Below, in pieces: positions 58,489-64,000 of a stretch of 64,000 nt of DNA. A program made the translations under genes and the position numbers. The notes beneath the pieces are model-generated. The model searched no databases. It was not told the DNA's origin and worked only from the letters and a program-made list of their open reading frames with translations. This DNA comes from Truepera sp. (GTDB lineage: Bacteria > Deinococcota > Deinococci > Deinococcales > Trueperaceae), in assembly GCA_965218435.1 (NCBI GenBank), contig CBDCKW010000009.1:1952001-2016000 (forward strand). The letters are read 5' to 3'. Every line of letters starts with the position of its first letter. The first letter of the stretch is position 1.

Positions 58489-60144
58489 ATGTCTATGTGC
58501 TCGAAACTTAAACGTCTAGTCGTTGCTGCAGCCGCGCTGCTGCTCTTCGCTACGCCAGTGTTCGCCCAAGTCAAAACGGGTGGCACCGTCCGGGTCGCCC
58601 GCTCGTCAGGGTCGTATACGAACAACTCGAACCCCTTCGGCACCGCCGGTCAAAACCTGCCGAGTACGGCGCTCATCTACGAACCGCTGTTTTTTGTCAA
58701 CACCGTCACCGGTGACCTATCGCCCATTTTGGGCACCTCGTACAAGTGGAGCAAAGACAACCTCACGCTGACCGTTAAGACGCGTGAAGGCGTGCAGTGG
58801 AGTGACGGGAAGCCGTTCTCCGCTAAAGACGTTGCGTTTACCTTTAATTATCTAAAAGAGCATCCCGAACTCGACACCGCCGGGGTTTGGGCGCTGGGCG
58901 TTAAAAGCGTCGAAGCGAAAGATGATACCACCGTCGTTTTTACCTTTGGAACCGCGAATACGCCGCTGTTAAGTGATATTGCCGGGCGTACCATCGCCCC
59001 GGAACATATCTGGAGCCAGATCGCCGACCCGGTGCAAGAGGTAAATCAAAACCCCGTCGGCACCGGACCGTTTATGCTCAGCTCGTTCGCGCCACAGCTG
59101 ATCAAGGTCGTTAAAAATCCGAACTACTGGCTGAAAGGGCAACCTTACGTGGACGGCGTGACCTTTCAGGTGACCAATAGCAACCAGGCCGCCTTACTGC
59201 TGCTTCTACAAAACCAGGCCGACTACGCCTACACCCAGATTCCCAACGTCGAGCAGACCTACAACGCCCGCGATCCCCAGACGTATGTGTCGTGGTGGCC
59301 GGTCAACAACGAAAACATCTTGTACCTCAACACGTTAAAAGCGCCGTTTGAAGATATGGCGTTTCGTAACGCGGTAGCGAGGGCCATTAACAAAGACGAC
59401 GTAGCCGCTAAAGCTTACGCCGGTACGAAAGTTGAGGCGGCCAACCCGACCGCGATTATTCCGGCGCAGCAAGGAGAGTGGCTTAACGCTTCGCTGCAAG
59501 AACCGGCCTACAGCTTTGACCCGGACACGGCGCGCAGCATGTTGGAAAAAGCCGGGTACAGCTACAACGGCAATACGCTGCTCGGCAAAGACGGTCAGCC
59601 GCTGCCGACCTTTAATATCCTCGTCGGCGCAGGCTGGACGGACTTTATCACCATGGCGCAGGTGATCTCGCAGAACCTGCAAGCTTTAGGGATCAACTCG
59701 TCTATTCAGCAAGAGAACTGGGGCTCATACTCACGGGGCCTTCAAAGCGGTACCTACGATATGGCGATCTCGTGGGGTTGGGGCAACGGCGCAACCCCTT
59801 ACTACCTCTACAACCGCTCGCTCTCACCCGAATTCTCCGCGCCCAAGATCGGTGAGACCGCCGACTCGAACTTTTCCCGGCTGACGGACCCAGCGGTAAC
59901 GAAGGCGCTGGCGACCTTCCGGCAGACCAGCGACCAGAGCGTCCAAAAAGAAGCGGTCAACACCATTGCGCAGTTCGTCGTCAAAGACGTGCCTTATGTA
60001 CCGCTGACCGACCGGGTGCAGTTTTCAAACTTTAACTTGTCAACCTTTACCGGTTGGCCCTCACCCGAAAATCCCTATACCGACGGCGGCCCCGACGATT
60101 CATCCGCCGGTCTGCTGATGTTCCGTGAGGTACATCTGAAGTAA
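58489..60144 (+). CDS. ABC substrate-binding protein, family 5
   Basis: Signal peptide; IYEPL, WSDGKPFSAKDVAFTF, PVGTGPF, GWTD. Confidence 0.93.
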   Translation: MSMCSKLKRLVVAAAALLLFATPVFAQVKTGGTVRVARSSGSYTNNSNPFGTAGQNLPSTALIYEPLFFVNTVTGDLSPILGTSYKWSKDNLTLTVKTREGVQWSDGKPFSAKDVAFTFNYLKEHPELDTAGVWALGVKSVEAKDDTTVVFTFGTANTPLLSDIAGRTIAPEHIWSQIADPVQEVNQNPVGTGPFMLSSFAPQLIKVVKNPNYWLKGQPYVDGVTFQVTNSNQAALLLLLQNQADYAYTQIPNVEQTYNARDPQTYVSWWPVNNENILYLNTLKAPFEDMAFRNAVARAINKDDVAAKAYAGTKVEAANPTAIIPAQQGEWLNASLQEPAYSFDPDTARSMLEKAGYSYNGNTLLGKDGQPLPTFNILVGAGWTDFITMAQVISQNLQALGINSSIQQENWGSYSRGLQSGTYDMAISWGWGNGATPYYLYNRSLSPEFSAPKIGETADSNFSRLTDPAVTKALATFRQTSDQSVQKEAVNTIAQFVVKDVPYVPLTDRVQFSNFNLSTFTGWPSPENPYTDGGPDDSSAGLLMFREVHLK

Positions 60145-60163
60145 GTCGGGCGTAAAGAGTAAC

Positions 60164-60201
60164 GAGCAACGGGTGCCGAATATGCTCGTTGCTCACTTTT
60201 T
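60164..60201 (+). terminator. Stem-loop with U-tract after the SBP gene
   Basis: GAGCAACGGGT..GCTCGTTGCTC-ACTTTTT. Confidence 0.65.
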
Positions 60202-60344
60202 GTAGCAGGTATCAGCTGCGTTCTCACTGCGTTCGGAACTGGTCAATAGTGCTCTGTAGCTAAGCTTTACTGACCCGTGCGTATTATGGGATGATACCGG
60301 TAGCAACTCGCAGAAATGCTGTTATCTCTGTTTTAGGAGGTCTT

Positions 60345-61331
60345 ATGCGTTACCTTCTGCGTCGGCTCGGCCTGCTCCTGATTACCGGGTGGGCCGCCCT
60401 GACGATCAACTATGTTTTGCCCCAACTCGTTCCGGGTGATCCGGTAAGCATTATGCTGGCGCGGTACCAAGGGCGACTCTCGCCGCAAGCCGCCGCCGCG
60501 CTGCGCGAAGCGTTCGGCCTCAATACCGATAAAAGTTGGTTCGGGCAGTATCTCGACTACTGGCGGCGGATGCTGACCGGCGACTTCGGGCTTTCGTTAG
60601 GTTTTTTCCCTGCGCCGGTCAGCGACGTTCTGCGGCAGGCGATCCCCTGGACGCTCGGGCTGGTCGGCGTTGCGACGCTCATCGCCTTCACTCTCGGGAC
60701 ACTGCTCGGGGTCTACTCCGGTTGGTGGCGTAACACGCCCGTCGGCGACAGCATGGTGCTGGTTTCGCTGTTTCTCAACGGCGTCCCCTATTTTTGGTTT
60801 GCTTTAATTATTCTTTACGTCTTTGCCTTTTTGCTCAACTGGTTTCCGCTGAGTGGCGGTTACGGGACGGTGGTGACCCGCGCCGACGGTTTCGCGTGGG
60901 TGCTGAGCGTGCTCTACCACAGCTTTTTGCCCGCGCTGACGATTATCGTGACAGCGACGGGCGGCTGGCTGTTAACGATGCGCAACAACCTCGTCGGCGT
61001 TTTAGGTGAAGATTACGTGTCGTTTGCTCGTGCGAAAGGGCTCTCGCAGCGCCGGGTAATGTTTCGCTACGCCGCGCGGAATGCGATTCTACCGAGTTTT
61101 ACCGCCTTTGCGATGGCGCTTGGGTTCGTTATCAGTGGGTCGCTCTTAACGGAGATCGTCTTTTCGTATCCGGGGATCGGCTTTACGCTCTTACAGGCCG
61201 TCGTCAGTCTGGATTACCCGCTCATGCAAGCCGTATTTTTGTTTATCACGCTGGCGGTGCTCGTAGCAAACTTTTTGGTGGACATCGCCTACGTGTTCCT
61301 CGACCCGCGTGTCCGTAGTGAGGGTAGCTAA
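60345..61331 (+). CDS. OppB-like ABC permease
   Basis: AGGAGG RBS, MRYLLRR, PGDP, EDYVSFARAKGL, DPRVR. Confidence 0.93.
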   Translation: MRYLLRRLGLLLITGWAALTINYVLPQLVPGDPVSIMLARYQGRLSPQAAAALREAFGLNTDKSWFGQYLDYWRRMLTGDFGLSLGFFPAPVSDVLRQAIPWTLGLVGVATLIAFTLGTLLGVYSGWWRNTPVGDSMVLVSLFLNGVPYFWFALIILYVFAFLLNWFPLSGGYGTVVTRADGFAWVLSVLYHSFLPALTIIVTATGGWLLTMRNNLVGVLGEDYVSFARAKGLSQRRVMFRYAARNAILPSFTAFAMALGFVISGSLLTEIVFSYPGIGFTLLQAVVSLDYPLMQAVFLFITLAVLVANFLVDIAYVFLDPRVRSEGS

Positions 61332-63250
61332 TGAACTGGTCACGGCTTGTGCGCAATCCGAAGTCGTTGATCGGCCTCTTTCTCCTACTCTTGTTCGTCG
61401 CCGTCGCGCTGTTAGCGCCGATCATCGCGCCGTACTCGCCCAAAGACACCTCATTTATCCCCTTCGACCTTGGCAGCGCCGCACACCCATTAGGAACGAC
61501 CGCGCTCGGTGAAGATGTGTTGTCACAACTGATCTGGGGCACACGCTTGTCGCTTTTGGTCGGGCTCTTGGCAGGAGCCATCGCCACGTTCGTCTCAGTT
61601 GTGATCGGGCTCGTGTCGGGCTACGCCGGGGGCGTTGTGGACGAGGTATTGTCAACCTTTACCAATATCTTTCTCGTGATTCCGCCTTTGGTGCTGCTGA
61701 TCTTGCTCGCCGCCTACATCAAAGTCGAGGGCGTTTTGCCGATCATTTTCGTGATTGCCTTAACGGGTTGGGCGTGGGGCGCACGGGTCTTGCGAGCACA
61801 GACCTTGACCCTCCGTAACCGCGATTTTGTCGAGGCGGCTCGAGTTGTCGGTGAGGGGGGCGGGCGGATTGTTTTTGCTGAAATCTTGCCGAATATGCTT
61901 TCACTTATCGCCGCTAACTTTTTTGGGGCGGCGCTCTTTGCGGTCTTGAGCGAGGCGGGGCTCGAGTTCCTCGGGCTCGGCGACGTAGGCATTGTCACCT
62001 GGGGCACGATGCTCTACTGGGCGCAGACCAACCAAGCCTTTTTACTCAATCAGTGGGCGTGGATGATCGCGCCGGGGCTCTGTATCGCACTTCTCGGCAC
62101 GTCGTTTGCGCTCTTAAACTTCGCCATTGACGAGATCACCAACCCCAAACTGCGGACGCCGCAGGTTAAACGAGTAGTGCCGCCGGTTTTGCAACCTGCA
62201 GCAGGACGGCTGAGCGCCGCGAACGCCTCTGAGAACGTGCTCGAGGTTCGTGACTTCAGCGCCGGGTACGCGCTACCCGGAAGCACCGTGCAAGCAGTCA
62301 GAAACGTTGACCTGACCCTAAAACGCGGCGAGTTTTTAGGCATCGCCGGGGAATCGGGCTGCGGCAAATCAACCTTGGCGTTCGGCGTCGCGCAGCTTTT
62401 GCAGCCGCCCGGACGCGTGTTAGAAGGTGAAGTCTGGTTGGGTGAGCAGGATTTGGTCCGGCTGAGCGCACCCGAACTGCGGCGTCTGCGCTGGCGCGAC
62501 TTTTCCATCGTCTTTCAAGCCTCAATGAACGTCTTAAACCCGGTGATGAAAGTGCGGGACCAGATTTACGACGCCATCCGCGCCCACCAGAAGACCAATG
62601 ACGCGGCCCTCGACAAACGCGCCCACGAACTCTTTTCACTTATAGACATTGAACCGGGTTATCTGGACGCTTATCCGCACCAGCTCTCAGGTGGGATGAA
62701 ACAGCGCGCGGTGATTGCGATTGCACTGGCCTTAGAGCCCGACCTCATCATCATGGACGAACCGACGACTGCGCTCGATGTGGTGGTACAGCGCACGCTC
62801 TTACAAGAGATTGACACGATTCGCCGCGAACTCGGTATCGCCGTAATTTTTATTACCCACGACTTGTCGCTTTTGGTTGAAATCAGTGATAGTGTCGCCA
62901 TCATGTACGCGGGTCAGATTATCGAACGCTCGCCCTCGCGCGACCTTTACCGCGCCCCGCTCCACCCCTACACGCAGGGGCTGATGCACGCCTTTCCGCC
63001 GCTCGTAGGCTCACGGGAACGGCGGAGCGGTATCCCCGGCAAACCACCCGAACTGCGCGACCCGCCGCCGGGGTGCCCCTTTTACGCCCGCTGCCCCATG
63101 CGGATGGACGGGCTTTGCAATACGGTGACGCCACCCCTCCAAAAGGCGCTGCCCGAGCACGAGGTCGCGTGTCACCTCTACGACGAGGCGCTCCTAGCGG
63201 CACACGACAAGCTCGGCGAACTCGTGCAACCTGGGGAGCTAAGCGTATGA
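61331..63250 (+). CDS. Fused OppC permease and OppD ATPase
   Basis: HPLGTT, RDFVEAAR, then GESGCGKST, LSGGMKQR, GCPFYARCP. Confidence 0.93.
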   Translation: MNWSRLVRNPKSLIGLFLLLLFVAVALLAPIIAPYSPKDTSFIPFDLGSAAHPLGTTALGEDVLSQLIWGTRLSLLVGLLAGAIATFVSVVIGLVSGYAGGVVDEVLSTFTNIFLVIPPLVLLILLAAYIKVEGVLPIIFVIALTGWAWGARVLRAQTLTLRNRDFVEAARVVGEGGGRIVFAEILPNMLSLIAANFFGAALFAVLSEAGLEFLGLGDVGIVTWGTMLYWAQTNQAFLLNQWAWMIAPGLCIALLGTSFALLNFAIDEITNPKLRTPQVKRVVPPVLQPAAGRLSAANASENVLEVRDFSAGYALPGSTVQAVRNVDLTLKRGEFLGIAGESGCGKSTLAFGVAQLLQPPGRVLEGEVWLGEQDLVRLSAPELRRLRWRDFSIVFQASMNVLNPVMKVRDQIYDAIRAHQKTNDAALDKRAHELFSLIDIEPGYLDAYPHQLSGGMKQRAVIAIALALEPDLIIMDEPTTALDVVVQRTLLQEIDTIRRELGIAVIFITHDLSLLVEISDSVAIMYAGQIIERSPSRDLYRAPLHPYTQGLMHAFPPLVGSRERRSGIPGKPPELRDPPPGCPFYARCPMRMDGLCNTVTPPLQKALPEHEVACHLYDEALLAAHDKLGELVQPGELSV

Positions 63251-63366
63251 CTATCTGCACGAGCAGAACCCTCGTCGGGCTTCAGACGAACATCTGCACT
63301 AGCAGAACCCCACGTACTAGGGCCACTAGGCCCGTCCTCGTGGACGTACTAGAGGGCTTCAGATGA
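63247..63366 (+). CDS. 39-aa repeat-containing micro-ORF bridging oppCD and oppF
   Basis: ATGA overlaps at both ends; MTICTSRT..NICTSRT internal duplication. Confidence 0.4.
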   Translation: MTICTSRTLVGLQTNICTSRTPRTRATRPVLVDVLEGFR

Positions 63367-64000
63367 CAGTTACTGTAACTAAAACACCCGATACCCCTAC
63401 TACCGACGCGCCGGTCTTTGTCACGGAGGGGCTCGAGAAGACCTTCAAAGTCGGCGGCCTGTGGCGCTCGCGCGACGTGCCCGCCGTTCGGGGGATTGAC
63501 CTAAAGATCGGTCGGCGTGAGGTTTTGGGCTTGGTCGGCGAGTCAGGCTCGGGCAAATCTACCGTCGCGCGGCTGATCGCCAAACTCTACGCGCCGACGG
63601 GCGGTACCATGACGCTCACCGGCGAAGAAATTCCAGCAAATCTTCGTGGGCGCGACCTGCTCGCCTATCGGCGGCGCGTGCAGATGATCTTTCAAGACCC
63701 GTTTTCGTCTTTGAATACGGTCTATCCGGTGTCGCACATTTTACGCCGTCCGCTGCTCGTTCACGGTCTAGCGACGCAGCGAGACGCCCGCGACAAGGTC
63801 AAGGTGCTGCTCGAGCGGTGTGGCCTTAAACCGGCGGACCGTTATCTCGACAAGTATCCTTACGAACTCTCAGGTGGCGAGCGGCAACGCGTCGGGATTG
63901 CGCGGGCGCTAGCCCCACAACCCGAGCTGATCTTAGCCGACGAACCGACCTCGATGCTCGACGTTTCGATTCGCCTCGACGTGATGAACCTGCTGTTAGA
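63363..64000 (+). CDS. OppF-like ABC ATP-binding protein, truncated by window end
   Basis: Manual translation: GESGSGKST, QMIFQDPFSSL, LSGGERQR, DEPTSMLDVS. Confidence 0.92.
   Translation, partial: MTVTVTKTPDTPTTDAPVFVTEGLEKTFKVGGLWRSRDVPAVRGIDLKIGRREVLGLVGESGSGKSTVARLIAKLYAPTGGTMTLTGEEIPANLRGRDLLAYRRRVQMIFQDPFSSLNTVYPVSHILRRPLLVHGLATQRDARDKVKVLLERCGLKPADRYLDKYPYELSGGERQRVGIARALAPQPELILADEPTSMLDVSIRLDVMNLLL

Noticed and set aside
582..63737. Numerous short antisense or overlapping ORFs in the track
   Set aside because: Expected shadows of GC-rich coding genes, with no motifs or initiation signals.

Overview
Chromosomal, non-phage window from a GC-rich bacterium, most likely Deinococcota and Trueperaceae-like. 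That assignment is an inference from the MglA GTPase, many leaderless TAnnnT-N5-7-start genes, a long UbiD/MqnL-type decarboxylase and strong CTCGAG over-representation. Content: tandem cyclophilins, a KirBac channel, sugar oxidoreductase/epimerase genes, two Opp/Dpp-type ABC operons, a reductive pyrimidine catabolism operon (preT-preA-hydA-ABC-aminotransferase) interleaved with toxin-antitoxin/HEPN genes, gcvT, orphan mglA, rbsK, a Sak4/AAA_24-like ATPase, leuS, maf, znuCB-like genes, a PadR pair, an FGGY kinase and dodecin. No rRNA, tRNA, CRISPR array, transposase or integrase was seen. Best leads: (1) a leaderless Leu-codon leader peptide plus terminator (attenuator) before leuS; (2) two ABC permeases with large extracytoplasmic inserts, one of phage-structural-like beta repeats and one resembling a lobe of a family-3 binding protein; (3) a ~140-160 bp MITE-like repeat in 3-4 intergenic copies; (4) recurrent unannotated micro-ORFs coupled by RTGA overlaps to preT, mglA, znuC and oppF; (5) HIP-like CTCGAG enrichment; (6) a RimJ-like pseudogene. 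All family assignments come from motif recognition by eye; no database searches were run.
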